From Fimbriosthenelais zetlandica (taxonomy: Eukaryota): a stretch of DNA of 64,000 bases. Numbering within the stretch: position 1 is the stretch's first letter; every line of letters starts with the position of its first letter. Shown in pieces: positions 13,901-27,628 of the stretch. The stretch spans positions 53,134,001 through 53,198,000 of the forward strand of contig OZ365109.1 in assembly GCA_977030845.1 (NCBI GenBank), given 5' to 3'. The notes under the pieces are model-generated. The model was not told the origin of the DNA and made no database searches. It saw only the letters and a program-made list of their open reading frames with translations. A program made the translations under genes and the position numbers.

Positions 13901-16900
13901 AATGAAGCGATCCCATAGGCTTAGCAGGGCAAGTACAATCGGTAATATTCCACAAAGTCGTTACTGTATGGCATGGAGGGAGAGATGAAGTCCCAAATCA
14001 TTTCCCTATGACTTGGTAGATTATGGAGAATAGAGCTGGTAATCCTGTACATGAATCGTAATGGTTTGTGGAGGAGAATCAAGAGTGTCTTATATTGGTG
14101 GAGGGAATCGTTCTGCTACCATCTAGTATGGAACTAGAGAAAGCCTTTGATTCCTTTGATCATATACAATGAATCCTACTCCTATTCTCGCTACTCAAAC
14201 TCTAGAAGCATCGGCGAAGTGAACATATAGAAGGAATATTATGGGACCCTGTCTTTATGCTATTGAACATTCTAACATAAAGGGCCATCCCATTACATTT
14301 TCGCCCATTATGTCGTATCGCTATACTATCTCGCTTCTACTTCTGTCTGCATGGTATCTGTGTGTTAGAAAAATGCTATGTAAAAATATAATTAACACAA
14401 CAATTGAAATACTGATCTTTGCATAAAGAACAATGAATAGTTATGTAAAACTACATTACTCTCTGTTCAGCGTTCCCTTGCAGACTGTGATGCATAGATA
14501 AATAATATTTTCCTTGTTTCCTTGTATAACTATTTCATTATATCAAGTAAAAACACTCTACAACTCTATTTAAGACAACTCTTTTTAGGATTTAAAAATA
14601 TAAATAAAATATTACATGACAAAATGAATGGAAAGAGAAATGTTAAAAAGAACTTTTTGCAAATGTAGGAGCAGACAGTTTTCTTCAAAGGTTTGGAGAT
14701 GTAGTGAAGGTTTGGCAGCTTAATGGTTTACATAACTCCTTCACTACATACTTCTCCAAAGTAGCTCGGCTACTCGCATAACATCAGGTTTAGAGGGTCA
14801 GGAAAATCTGTTGGAGATCTGTCTTGTATGACAAGTGCTCCTGTTAGGCTATAATTCTCATCGATCAATTGTTCTTTGCGAGTATGCAAGGCCAGATAAC
14901 TACATGTAAATGGCCTTAGTGTCTTAGTTTAAACATTTTTCAGTCTCCAATTGGCCGCAGCAGTTATTGAAATTATCTCTTTGATCGAATGAGCGTTCAT
15001 GCTGAATCATACACCAGATAAAAAAGGTCCTGGTATCCTCGATATGATATGTATGCATAGAATGTGGATGTACATACATATACATGTACATGATATTATG
15101 AATGTACGTATTTATACAATCATAAAATCTATACTCATATGATCGTGTATTATTTTTATTTTAGCTTATTTACGCTTTCGAAAAGCATAGCATGCAGAGG
15201 AACGGTCGTTCCATGCACTTGTATTATGAAGTTTTCTAAGAGTCTCTTATGATGGCAATCTAAATTTCAAATAATTATGATTTACCCCGTGCTTCACAAT
15301 TTATATGGATCTATGTTCTGGAATCAGAATATAAACATGGGTAGCAGATATTGAAGAACAAAATATTTAGAATAATATGGAAGATGTAGTGTTAGTTCAC
15401 GTGACCTCTATTTCTAGACCTATATCTCAGGTCTTCTGCCCGCTGAGCTACGTGTTGAAATTTGCCGTTAGTTGATTGACATTCTCTGAGTGATCTAATA
15501 CTGGGTTAAATGGTGATAGGCTGTATCTTTCCAGTGCAGAGTCTACTGTATTGGACTTTCTCTTCAGTCTGTTTGTCCAGAATAATACAGTATTTAACTA
15601 TTATAACTGCTTCGTCCTTTAAGTACCGCGGTAATTACAGTAGATAGTGTGTAGATCTATGCTAATTTATTATATGTATTAAGCCAACCTACTATTATAG
15701 TCCACAAAAGTACACTGGTATACCTACTCAAGCAAGTGGATAGACAGATTTAGAGGTGGTGCGGGGGACATTTTAAGGCCAAATTTTTTAGAGATTTTAT
15801 TTTTAACCTCCCGAGCCCCTCCCCTTCATAAATAACGGATCCGCTCCTACATATTATCTGCTGTCCAGTGTATCTTCCCACATATTAAATTATAGAAACG
15901 CACATCGTATTTTTCTATACATGCAAGATTAAAATTGTGTATATGCCTAGGCATAATCAGGGCTAGACTAACATGTGGAGAATATAAAGGCTCATGACTG
16001 TTAGTATACCTGAATGCAGCACACACCCTGAGTATCGCCGACCACGAGGCAGGCGTGCTGGAGGAACCTCCAGCATGAATGGACTGGTTTAAGGTCAGCC
16101 CAACTATAGGCACGGAAAGGTCAAGGTATTTCCTCTAACACCTGTCCATTCATTCACACACTCCAGGGTGGTGGAGCCTTTATGGCTCCCTTGGCGTTTT
16201 GGGGATCTTATGGTTAGGCTATAGGAGGTTAGGAAACTTGTTGCTTCTGAACACGGTATCTTCTGAAGAGTGTGTGCAGCATGGCATGAAGAAAGACCTG
16301 TCCTAGAATTTTACTGAAAGAGCCAGTATGATTTCAATAAGAAATTTCAATTTGAACTTTAAGTTCTGAATTCAATTTCTGTCTCCCTTATATATCTAGA
16401 TTCTAGATTATTCCACGACCGCTGCTTCAACTCAATTGTGCTTAGGCTTGACCTAAATGCGAATCCAAGCTAATCTAGGTCAACGGTCTTTCACTTGGAT
16501 AATTTAAATGGGTGCCATGTTTCCCCGCGAGTTATAATTGAATCTGATTGGTTCTCGTGTACATGTGACGTTCATGCGCCATCCAAATGCAGGCTTTCCA
16601 GAATTCATATGCGTTTTAAGAATATTTTACATTAGTTTGATAGAATATTGCCATCAATTTACTTTACTTTACGAGTCATGTACTTGCTGTTTGGCATCAT
16701 TGAATGGAGATTATAACTTATCTGAACTGCATAAAGTTCTGCATAGTATAAGGCACTCTCTCCATACTGTGCTCAACTAGTATAAGCCAAAATCCTTTGT
16801 ATCATTTATGAAAGGTGACACCATTTAACCTTGCAGGCTTGGCATAGTTGGCGGCAGAACGAAGAATAAGGGAAATGAAGCAAGAAAAGGAAGAAATGTA

Positions 16901-17589
16901 GTAGGGTGAAGAAGGATATTGGTTATTGGATTTAGAGGTTAGCAGGGGAGATGTTGGAGGGAAGAACATAGTGAAGATCTAACAGCCAGATCCTCCTGCC
17001 CCCAGGCCTTGTCTCCAGTAGCCTGCTTCAGTGGTGGGGATTAGCAAGTTGGTTGTACTTGATCCTATAGGGGGACATAGAAGGGTGAGACTTTTCTATA
17101 CCGAAATATGGTAGTTAATGGATATAAGAAGTCATGAGTTAATTCAATTGGAGTCTTTAATACAATTTCATTATTTCCGTTATTGGCCGGATTTATCTTC
17201 ATGTTAATTTCTATTAAATGCATACCACATTGGGATTCTCAGTACTTTATTGCATCAAAGAATATCAACTTAAATCCTAATGTCAAGGCTTCTGTTAATC
17301 CTAATTCTCATCGCCCCACTGGATTGAACTGATCCTGGCCTAGTTTCCGACTAGTGTGGAGCTTTGCACCGCTGCTATGGTTGTTGTTGCCTTTTTGTAC
17401 CTCTATGATGCGGCATCCCTGAGAAGATGGGGGGTAAAGTCCATTGGTATTGCCTCAAGCGCCAGGCCTTCCCCTTGATGCCATGCACTCTCGTGGCAAG
17501 CTTCTGTAATCCAAAGATGCATCACGACAATATGTTCCAGCTCCATTCTCACAGATAGTGAATTCAACCTGATGGCCCTGACATTAAAA

Positions 17590-18030
17590 TTAGTCCATAA
17601 CAATGGCAAAATATGACAATATTATTGACTCGCAATAAGGTTTTTAAAACTGGTTTTTGTTTAAACTGGGTGTCACTGAGTAGGAAATACAATCTTGGCA
17701 ATACAGGGTTATTAACAAAATTATCGAAAAACTATCTACCTTCCTGACTTCTCCGTTAATATTGTTTCATACATTTTCGAGAATGTGGTATTCCAATTAA
17801 AATAACGTATGGCCTTAAATCAGTGGTAGTAATCTGCTCCGGAGATTGCATAGCACGCCTGAATATTCATCACAGGCCTTTAAGTACTACCAAAAAATCT
17901 TGGTGGACAGTAAAAAAATAACACAGGGTTCTGGTTTGTTATACTAGCGAAGAAGCTGCATGTGAATGATTGAAATAATCTTCATACCAGAACCCGAGAT
18001 TGTTTTTCCTGTCCCAAAGTGTTTCTAATG
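17590..18030 (-). mobile_element. Highly degenerate LINE (L1/Tx1-like) reverse-transcriptase relic
   Basis: One minus frame with several stops gives, in RT order, HFGTGKTISGSGMKIISII (~GFxxGRxIxxNIRLI), PCVIFLLSTKIFW*YL (~LxLDFEKAFDxVxWxYL), INGEV..SFSI and CQDC/CESIILSYFAIVMD (~RQGCPLSPLLFxIVM). By-eye alignment only. Confidence 0.35.
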
Positions 18031-18399
18031 ACGCAATAATATGGTAAGGACCTGATAGGATGGCACATGACTATGTCATAACACCCGTTAAAATGCCTCA
18101 GCATTAGTTTTTATGGGAGACTGAACCCTTGCATTATAACTTTGTGGTGACAAAAATGGGATAGACAGTCTTATTTATCCGTTTTTGTGATAAGGACTGG
18201 TTTCCTTGGGGTCCTCTGGGTACAGTAAGTGCATCATGGGCTTGTAGGGGAAGTAATGTTAAAGGATCGAAGACAAGGGAAAGAGAACTTACAAGGCTCT
18301 AGAGTGTTAGACAGGGGTTTCTGAGGTGGTTGCTGGAGGTTGGAGGTTGACAGTAGCAAGGGTGGCAGAGAGCTGATGTGTGGGTGTGAGATTTGGATG

Positions 18400-18490
18400 G
18401 CGTTTAAATGCTGGATGGGAGGGAGGGGAGGGAGGGGAGGGTGGGAAAGGGGGATGGGAGGGTGGGAAAAGGGGAGGACAGGGGGGAACT
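18400..18490 (+). repeat. G-rich tract with G-quadruplex potential
   Basis: gggagggaggggagggaggggagggtgggaaagggggatgggagggtggg: more than 8 G3+ runs with short loops. Confidence 0.75.
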
Positions 18491-18859
18491 GAAGCGGAAG
18501 CGGAAACGAGTCGTCCCATCATCCCTTCGCCCCAGCAATGATCCTACATAAAATCCATTGATTTCCACCGGCTATTTACTCCACGTTCACACATGCGCAA
18601 AGAGCCATATGTATGAAGAGAAATATGGTGAGATGGATCCAAGGCAGGCTAGCCAAGGACAACCTGGACAGAAGGGCGGGAGACGGGGAAGAGAAAATGA
18701 GAATATCATGTCAAATTGCAGACTTCAATAATACTCAGAACAATACAAACCTTTGGAGGACTGTCAAACAATCGAGGACTGTTGGACGACAAGAAAACAG
18801 TTCCACATCATTGCTGGCAAATGTGAGAAAAACATGGGCATAGAAAGTATAATCAGAAC

Positions 18860-18930
18860 AGAGGGAGAGAAAGAGAAAGTGAGAGAGGTAATGAGAGAGA
18901 GGGAGAGAGAGAGAGTTGCAGAGAAGAAGA
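18860..18930. repeat. Imperfect (GA)n microsatellite
   Basis: gagggagagaaagagaaagtgagagag...gagagagagggagagagagagag. Confidence 0.8.
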
Positions 18931-19889
18931 AGGATGTAAAGAAGCTACATATTCCCCTACCAGTCGGTTCAGCTTATATTGGTATTCACAGACACATCTC
19001 CCGCCTGCTGTCTGCATGTCTTGTCCTCCGTATCAACTATCAAACCCACCAATATTCAATAGGCAAGAGCACAACGTTATTTCATTTCCCACAGGACAAT
19101 TGTTTATCTGCGATAGCACTTTGCTTCTGTCCTCCCCATAATTCATATAAAATACCCATCACTGTTCACGTTCTCTCACTTGTTATAGTATGTGTATAGA
19201 CTGCTATTTTCCCTCACTCTGACAAGCTTCCAGAGCTCCTCCATCTGACTTTGGATGTCTGTTCGATATGTCTGTCTAGCTGCATGCCTGTCCCTGCCTG
19301 AGGGGTTTGTCTAGCCCTGTCACCTGTCTTCCACGTCCATTATTATGAAATCATTTTTTAAATCAAATATGTATCTTTGACAGGATCAACAAGAATATGA
19401 TGAAATAGTGTATGTCAAAGTGTGAACGAAAGATCTTGTATACTTATGCTTTTATGTATTTATATGTAGGCCTATGTTATATGAAAACATTCTTCAATGT
19501 AATATCTGGACATGTCATTGATAGATGCATTTATCAATGACATAACAAACATCAATATCAAAATTTCCAGTTCTTTCTGACATGTTACAGTGTCCTCCCG
19601 TTAAGAGAGTGTGAATTTTTATGTTGCTCCTTTTCATGTTTTTCAGTGATTTCCCACCCATATAATCTATATCGTCTATCAGGCTTCTGCCTAAGTACAG
19701 AGATGGGCGAGTAGAGCCCTGAGAACACCCTGCCCTTGTATGGGGCTCAGATCACAAGGTGTCTGTGAAGTCCAAGGGGAATTTTCCCCTCTACACTACA
19801 TTGGTTCACATCCATTAAGGGGCATCGATATAAGGAGATGTCTAACGGGCGGATCCCCTCCAATACACAGGTACGGAATGCTTCCTTAT

Positions 19890-21484
19890 GCCTAGTTTAC
19901 ACTTGGTCACTTTGGCCACGTTCTCCACGTTTGTTTGAAACGTACTGGAACCGGGAAACCTTCCTTATTTGTGAATTCAGAATATTTTCTTTTACCGTTT
20001 GATTAGGTTGTGTTGGGATCTCTGAGGGTGATCGGATCAGATCAACTGTAAGAATCGGGTTCCTGAGTCCAGGTGACTCAAGAACCATAAAGGTTAGATC
20101 AGGATGCCAAAATGTTTTGTCCAGTTCCTGCAAGATGCTACCAGTTCCCTCACATTAGTCAAGTTTTGTTAAAGTTCCCCCAAGGTTCTCAAGTCATAAT
20201 AAGATATAACAAGGCTTCCAATAGATGAACGTGGGAAAAACAGGGCTCAGGGCAAGTTTTGAACACGTTTGGACCGCGTTTAAAAGGTCGGGTATAAAAA
20301 GGATGCAGGACAAACACTTCTCATGATACATTTACACTTGTCCACGTTGTCCACGTTACGCATGTTTGCTTGAAACGGGGTCAAAACGTAGTAACGCTAA
20401 GAGAACCTTAGGCGACGTGTTGGGACTGGTAGGGGTAATGTGATATACCTTGAACGCCTGGATGAACGTGAAATTTTTTTTGCCTGGCAAAAATTTTGCC
20501 ACGATCGCCACGTTTGAAAATGAATTTCTTGGGATTTGTTAGAACGGGTTGAATGTGACAGAACCGATTAGAGTGTAACAGGACTTAACAAAACTTCTTT
20601 GCTTCCCTAGCGGAACTTGAAACACTGACATTGGAGGTTCTGCTAGTGGCTTGAAAAAGTATGATGATACAAATAAAATAAAGTACGTAATATTACAAAG
20701 GTAGACATGTTGTGTCTGACAAAAATTGTTAATCAAAGACATAATTCAGTCTGGGCCAGGTCAGTATTTGGTTTAATATTAGATATAGGAAACGTAGCCA
20801 TCTGAGTTATACATGTAGAAGGATGTGGTCTAAATTGGTAGGAAAAGTAAGAGTTATATAAGACCTAAAATGCGTATAATTGACAAGAATATCACAATTA
20901 GTTTCGATGTACATGTTTGGATGTAAAAATCAACCCATTATAAAAAAATAATATGATTTCTCCCCACCTCTACCCCAACCCCCCTACCCCTCTTAATCAA
21001 ATGTTTCCAGTTCCACTAAACAAGCCACCAAAGTTTTCTGAAGTCGTGTTAGGTTGTTTTAAGTTCTGTCACGTTCAAAATGGAATGAAACGTGACTGCC
21101 GTGAAGGCCTTATATGGTCCCTCTCAGACCCTGGGAGATAACTAAAACTATTACAGCGTGACAGACCGGCAAGCACACCATATCAAACCTTGATAGGCCC
21201 TGGCAGAAAGCCAGATGAACGTTGGGACCTTGCTAATAATGTTGTGTTAGGTTATTTTAAGTTCTGTCACATTTAAACCGTTCTATTAAGGCCTATACTC
21301 GCTTTCTTGTTTCAAACGGGAAGATCGTGGCCACATTTTTGACATTCAAACATTTGTCAAAAGCAGCTCTGCACATCAAGGTCTGTCAGGTTATCCCTTC
21401 CCTTCCCCTCAAGTTCCCTCAAATTCATCCCGTTTCAGACAAACGTGAACAACGTGGCCAACGGGCCCTTAGTGTAAACCAGGC
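19890..21484. mobile_element. Non-autonomous TIR DNA transposon (~1.6 kb), PIF/Harbinger-like ends, with internal inverted modules
   Basis: Left end GCCTAGTTTACACT..TTGGCCACGTT..CACGTTTGT.TGAAACG (19890-19942) matches the reverse complement of 21431-21484 (GCCTGGTTTACACT..TTGGCCACGTT..CACGTTTGT.TGAAACG). The first 14 bp are 13/14 identical. It is flanked by AT on both sides, with TTA/TAA just outside. No transposase ORF. Superfamily inferred from the G(C/G)C..TTTACACT terminus. Confidence 0.75.
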
Positions 21485-23529
21485 ATAAGCTATGTAGATC
21501 GCCATAAGTTCCCCTCAAGAGATGTACAATATATTATAAGTATTTTCAATGTATTATTAAAGACATGAAGGTCCATTTCTTGCTGAAGCCCGACCCTAAT
21601 GTTCATATAATTTTCTCAATAGGTTGGCCATGAATCCAGTCTCCTAAAATATTTTAGTATACAAACAGAAGAACAAAACATGGCCTCCTTTAACACACTC
21701 TTTGGTTTGCTGCACTAAAATGCACATTGGAAATGTCATTATTTGCAATTTTTCTTAAAGACGGTATTAATCAATCATAATCAGGAATGTTTTATGCTTC
21801 CCTTTGAGTTTTATTTCCTTCTTTTTAACCCGACTTCCAAACTGGGTTGCCTTTGGTGCGTGTTGTGTCGTCGTTTGTTTTCGCGCGATGATTGAATGAC
21901 AGAATCACAAACCGTCGCTGCTTTATTTAGGTCTGGCTAAGCTAAACCAGCGAGCCATACACTCGTGTTTGGTGATTTTTTTGGGCAATTTCCTCAGTTT
22001 AAATCTAGTAACAGGCCCATTAAAAAGTCACACCAAGGTTGTTGCTGTGTCACTGTGAAAACATACTGTTCAAGGGCGGAACTATTAATTAATTTATTCG
22101 ATCTTACAATACATGTACATGTAGTAAGGGCAACCTTAGGCTTTGTTATACAACGACCAGATCTCTAGTCGAAGATTCTTAATTGGTAGTTCAGCACTAT
22201 ATATTATTAGTACATGTATAGTAATTTTGTCATGTATTTTTTATATTTTTATATCTAAGATCAAGTGCAGACCTATACAAATAATTCCTTCTGCTCGGAA
22301 AAGTATCTGACACCTTTACCATTTTCCAATGCCTCCCATGATCAAAATTGTGGTTAGCTAACCTTTACTGAAATATTCCAGTGAGTCTTAAGTACTTGAG
22401 GAGATACTGTTATCACAATGTAACATCTTTCAGTGGCAACTTTTTCTCTCTTGTCCGGTGGATTTTAATTACTAGATTACGATTATTTCCCCAAAAGATG
22501 ACCTATACCGTAGGTTGGCCCAAAAGCTAGGCCTTTATGAGCTTGGGATATAGGCAGATGTTTCTAGGGATGTTGTCATAAGATTTATGTAACATCAGGC
22601 CCGCAATTTGCCTTGGTTAATGACTTATTTGCAGTAGTAAGAAAACGTTATTAGCACCAACATAAACATCATGGGGACGCTCAGTATCACCTGGTTCATT
22701 TGGTTTAATGATAATTATGTAATAGAATGATCCAAAGCTGTCAGATTAGACCTTAGACAAGGATGCGGTGTAGGCCTAATTTAAACTGTGGGTAGGTGAC
22801 GAGAGGATTAAAATCAGCTATATTCTATAAATCTAAAATTAAATCCTCATAATCCTTACACTTGTTTCTCATAGCAAATTGTGGTCTGTGATTTTCTGAT
22901 TTGCAATATTATATTGCCAAAAAATCAAACTGACAATATTTCATTTCCCCAGTTATATTCCATTTGCCATGTTCCATTTCACATCATGTTACTCCTGCCG
23001 CTAAGTCCCGAAAGGAGAGTTATTTTTAGTATTTCAAGTCTAAACTATCCTTCAGCGGCCCCTATGTGACTTTCATTACTCCAGTTGCCATAAAACTCAA
23101 TTATACTTGAATACCTGTACACGTAGATCTATTCACCAAGGTGCCCATTAAAGGACCATTTCTCTTAAATTCTCCTCTCTCTGCCTCAACCAAGATTCCA
23201 ATAATATCCTAGATGTGAATTGCAGTTATTTTGTCTGATTTAAGTTGATACCAGGCAAGCAATCAGCTAATGGCGGCATAATCCTGCTGAGAAAAGCATA
23301 TTGATCACTGCCGACTGCTTGTATTAGCACGTCCTGGCCATGAGATAGAAGTAAGACTTGTCTTTTCATTCATTCACAGTGTTAACTTGATAAGAGAAAC
23401 TAAATTTCCTGTTTGATATTTACCTTAGCGCACATTAAAGAGACTAAGTCTTGTCTCCAGCAGATCAAGATCGGCCCCAAATTTATAATTCCCTACAGAT
23501 TGTAAGTATGCCCCTGGCAGATCAAAGTC

Positions 23530-23790
23530 TTTTTCAGACAAGACTCTAGCTCTTTCCCCAAAAGTTCAGTTTTCGTCTTCCTCAGACAAGGTCTTCAAGG
23601 CTCTAGATAAGAATCTCCCTCAGCCAAGGTCATTTATAATGTCCACAGAAAATAAGAAATTTCCTTCAGCCAAGATCATAATGGCCTTCATGACCCCAGA
23701 AGTAAAGAGTCTCCTTCAGACAAGATTAATAATGTCCTCAGAATATCAGAATCGTCTTGAGACAAGATCATAATATCCTTCTGTAGCCTT
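23530..23790. repeat. Degenerate ~45-bp minisatellite, about 6 units
   Basis: Anchor TCAG(A/C)CAAG (TGAGACAAG in the last unit) recurs at 23534, 23582, 23620, 23666, 23716 and 23758, often followed by (GA)TCATAAT(G/A)TCC. Confidence 0.7.
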
Positions 23791-25289
23791 GGATAAACCC
23801 TCATGATATTTGACATATTTTAGATTTTGCTGCTCAGACAAAGACCAGGAAACACTGCAGGTGAAAAGGAAGTAAATTGCCAAATGTGTACTTCAGCCTC
23901 TATAGCCTGCCCCAAGATATTTCTTGATCCAATGCATGACATGACAAAGCCCTCAAACGGACCAGAAGACGCCGGATTTAGCAAATACATTAGATTTGCT
24001 GGACCGATACTTCCTGACCTTGCTGATCTGTAGGTGGAAGGCACCCATGGTAACCCTTGAAAAGCTTTTCCCATTTTACTATTTTAAACTGCACCAATGC
24101 CTTCTTCATTGATTCTGCCACATACTTGGGTCACCAGAGGTTATCTAGCCATAGGGGCTTTGTCGATCAAGGGCGACGATGTTAAGAATGGGGTAAGGTT
24201 TAGAATGTGAAAAATTCATATTGACCCTGGAGCTCAGGATTTAGAGCCCAAGCACAAGGCCACAACATAAGCCTGGGTGCCCAGGTTATTCTTGTTTATT
24301 TAATGCTGGAGATGGAATAAGGTGAGAAAACCTTATTTGGTTAATATGGTGTTTATTCATTCACGATGTGGACAGTTCATTACTAGGAGTGGACCCACTG
24401 ATTGTTAGGGTTGCGGAGGCGGCAGGTTGGGCCGGATTAAACTGGCTTTCCAAGAACAAGAAGAGTGCAATAGAAAAAGAGGAAGCCATCGATGGGGAGA
24501 AGACTTAGATGTGGATAATGGAGTACTGGAATGTCGAGCGGGTTTGCAGAACTGCTAGTTGAAACCAGGGAAAGGAATGGAGAGGAGGGAGCGAATGACC
24601 ATGTTGGGGTTGTTGTGCACGTGCTTCCTCAGTATGAATGGCTGAGATTGGAGGAGGATGCGGAATATTAAGATATAGTGAATGGGTCATGGTGGAGTGA
24701 ACGGGTTTTAAGAAAGGTTGAGGGTGTTAAACAGCTGGGTAGACATGCCTTGCGCCCCCCACATCATTGACAAGCTCTCAATCAATGCCAACACCCCTTC
24801 CTACCCCAGATCTCGTGCTGATCTCTCATCCACGTGATCGGAATATATATATGGTGCGTGGGAGGTGGGTGGATAGACGGAAGTGAATATGAATGACACT
24901 CTTTAGTTACAATTGCCTCTAATTCCACGAGTGGTAGTGGAATGTGCTGTAAGGGACCAGCATTCCAAAGGCATTTTTACAAGTGAATGCCATATAGTCT
25001 CCATGCAGGGTTTAGGGTTTTGTGGGCCGTTGGTATTGCAAAAGACGGGTCTAGCTTTGGGATCAGAGGTGGATGTGTCCTTACTTATGGGACTACAATG
25101 ATCCCATGCTTACCAAATATAAGGGGACCGGAAGAGGAAGTCCCTTGGAGTCTTGGAGGAGCAGGGTCAATTGTGGGGTTAAGATTAGTGCTCAGGTCAC
25201 ATCAGAGACCATTCTGTATCCTTGACCAGAAATGGCTCCCTACACACTGGGATATAATATTATGTAGGCCTATGTGAATGTCAGTAGCC

Positions 25290-25420
25290 TGCTCTTCCTT
25301 CTTTCAGAATCCTTCCCCCGCTCCTCATTCTCCTTTTCTTGCTCCTTCCCCTTCCTTCTCCTTCTGCTTCCTCATTCTCCCCTTTCTCCTCCTTCTTCTC
25401 TTTTTTTTCATCATTTTCTC
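25290..25420. repeat. Pyrimidine-rich low-complexity tract
   Basis: ctcttcctt...ctccttcttctctttttttt, almost entirely C/T. Confidence 0.75.
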
Positions 25421-26034
25421 ATTGCGGGTCTAGTCTTTCCCCTCGCCGCTAACCGCTGACTTAGCCCTCCCCACCCACCAGTCACCTTCATCCAGCTTCA
25501 CTCTATCATGAATCCAGCCAAGCGGGAGCTGCTTTGTCTGCAACTCAAGTTTGGTCACCCAACATTGATTTCTGCCTTCCATCCTCACCAAGTCCAATGC
25601 AAGCCATGGTCCCTCACTCCCCCACCCGCTTTATGAGTCTTAGTGTAGTCCATTCTTATCCTCTACTTCGTCTCTATATACCTCCTGCCTTAAATATCCT
25701 ATACTCCACTCCTATCATATTCTCATCCACATAATTATATATTCTACATACATATTCCCCACAAATAGTAACGAAAGCAATTGATGATTTTACTTATTAT
25801 ACCGATGAGTTCATTATTCATCAAGAAATATCCATTTCTATATACATGTATATGTCTATATATACATGTAGTAGACTGAGAATTATTTGATTTCTTGATT
25901 TAGGAATCAGAATTGGATTCACCCTCCCACATATTCCCACCCACCAGTCCTGCAGGTCCCTCATGTATCCTGCAACACATTCTCACACCCACCCACCCGC
26001 CCACAAAATATCTCTATTCCCTACCCGGCAACCT

Positions 26035-26070
26035 ACCCCCCCCCCCCCCAAAAAAAAGAAAAGAATAAAA
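26035..26070. repeat. Poly-C run abutting an A-rich run
   Basis: About 15 C followed by aaaaaaaagaaaagaataaaa. Confidence 0.85.
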
Positions 26071-27628
26071 GATATTTTTTAAGAGAAGGTAATAATATAC
26101 AACCTTCATAAACCTGTTCATATGGGTTTACCCACCCATGCACTGTTCTTACATCTTTCAATGGCCCTAATGCCTACAATGCCCGTCACGGGTTTGTCAT
26201 CGGGTGTCAATTACTGAGATGATGAGAGCTATCCTGATTTGCACCCCTCGGAGCTGATTGCACTCAAATCAACTACATTCCTATAGATGTCTTATAATAG
26301 ATTGATTTTGCCTGTGTTTGTTTAATTTTCCACTAAGAGTCAATCGTAGCTATTGATATGTCTCACGCCTGAGTGTCAGTCAATGGAATCCCATCTCAGT
26401 GGGGCATTTACTTGGAAGGGATGGCAGAGTGTTTCAACGGTATTTAATGTTTTGAGATTTAGGAAATTTAGGCCATGAGAAAAAGTACAGACCTGTACGA
26501 ACGTTTATGGGTCAGATATAATAGTTGCTATGCATGAGCTAGTACCTTTAACTAATTTTATAATAACTAATTTTATTTTTGAATTCTGTGATATATGTTC
26601 AGGCTTTTGTCCAACTGGAAAAAACTCTTTAAGGAACAACCCGCACAAAGTTGAACTTTTTTCAATTTTACTCCCCCAAATATTAAAACACATTGTATAG
26701 GCTACTTGCTTTTAATGCTAAAATGCTAAATAAATAGCTTGTGTACAAAGCTTTCAGACCTGTAGCGCTGAGTGGGCCTGTGCGTCTTTGGACTCATTTA
26801 GTAAAAACCCATCCATAGACCTATGGAATATTCAAAGTTGTGAATTATAATTCTGTCACTTGAGAAGTTGGTACCATGTGACAGAGGAGGGGCTCTTGGT
26901 CATATCAACCACTGACACGTACTAGCTGCATGAGCCAGCACTTAGCCTTGGTAGGTAGGGTGATCGTGTAATTGATATAGTGGATCAATGGATATCGATT
27001 AAAAGGATGGAACGCCTTACATATGCTTGGGTAATGGCTGAGTGGTGGAGCTTCCAATCTGAGTAGTCCCAGGAGAGTTAATTGACAAGCTTGGTGGGAG
27101 CGAGACGAACGTTCACCATATTTTTACTTCACCTTGGATGGTATGGAAAATGCGGAGATATAAAAAATACTGTTATTCTCATTTGATTCCACTTAGGATG
27201 ATTTTACTTATAACGCATAGAGGTTATAAATACGATTTTGATAAGTGCCTCTTGGGGGTATAGAAACAGAGATTACTTATTCATTGAAGTGTATGCAAAT
27301 TAGAACGGATGAATCTGCAGAGATTTGAGCCAGAGACTTGTGATTTGTAATTTGAAAAAGTTCTTCATGTAAATAGTGCTTTAATCTATAGAGAAGAAAG
27401 ACGACTTTCTTTCTATACATTAGACTCACTTTAAACAGCTACCTGTCAGGAATATGTGACCCTTTTGAATTAAGGAAGATGATGGATAGACTGGAAGTTA
27501 TAAGTTGAAGTTTTCAATCCTCTTCCTGAGACCTTCTCGAAAAATGCCACAAGAAGATTTGTTAGAGTGATTCTAAGGATGTTAATTTCCCTTTGACTGG
27601 AAGAAAGTCACATTTAAATTTGTCACTG

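Noticed and set aside
14760-15060. Copia-like RT phrase SIKEIISITAAANWRLKNV*TKT
   Set aside because: Spacing to the next expected motif (QPEGF) is about twice too long; likely chance.
23530-23790. Repeat-spacer appearance reminiscent of CRISPR
   Set aside because: Eukaryotic context, related 'spacers', short degenerate repeat and no cas genes; it is a minisatellite.
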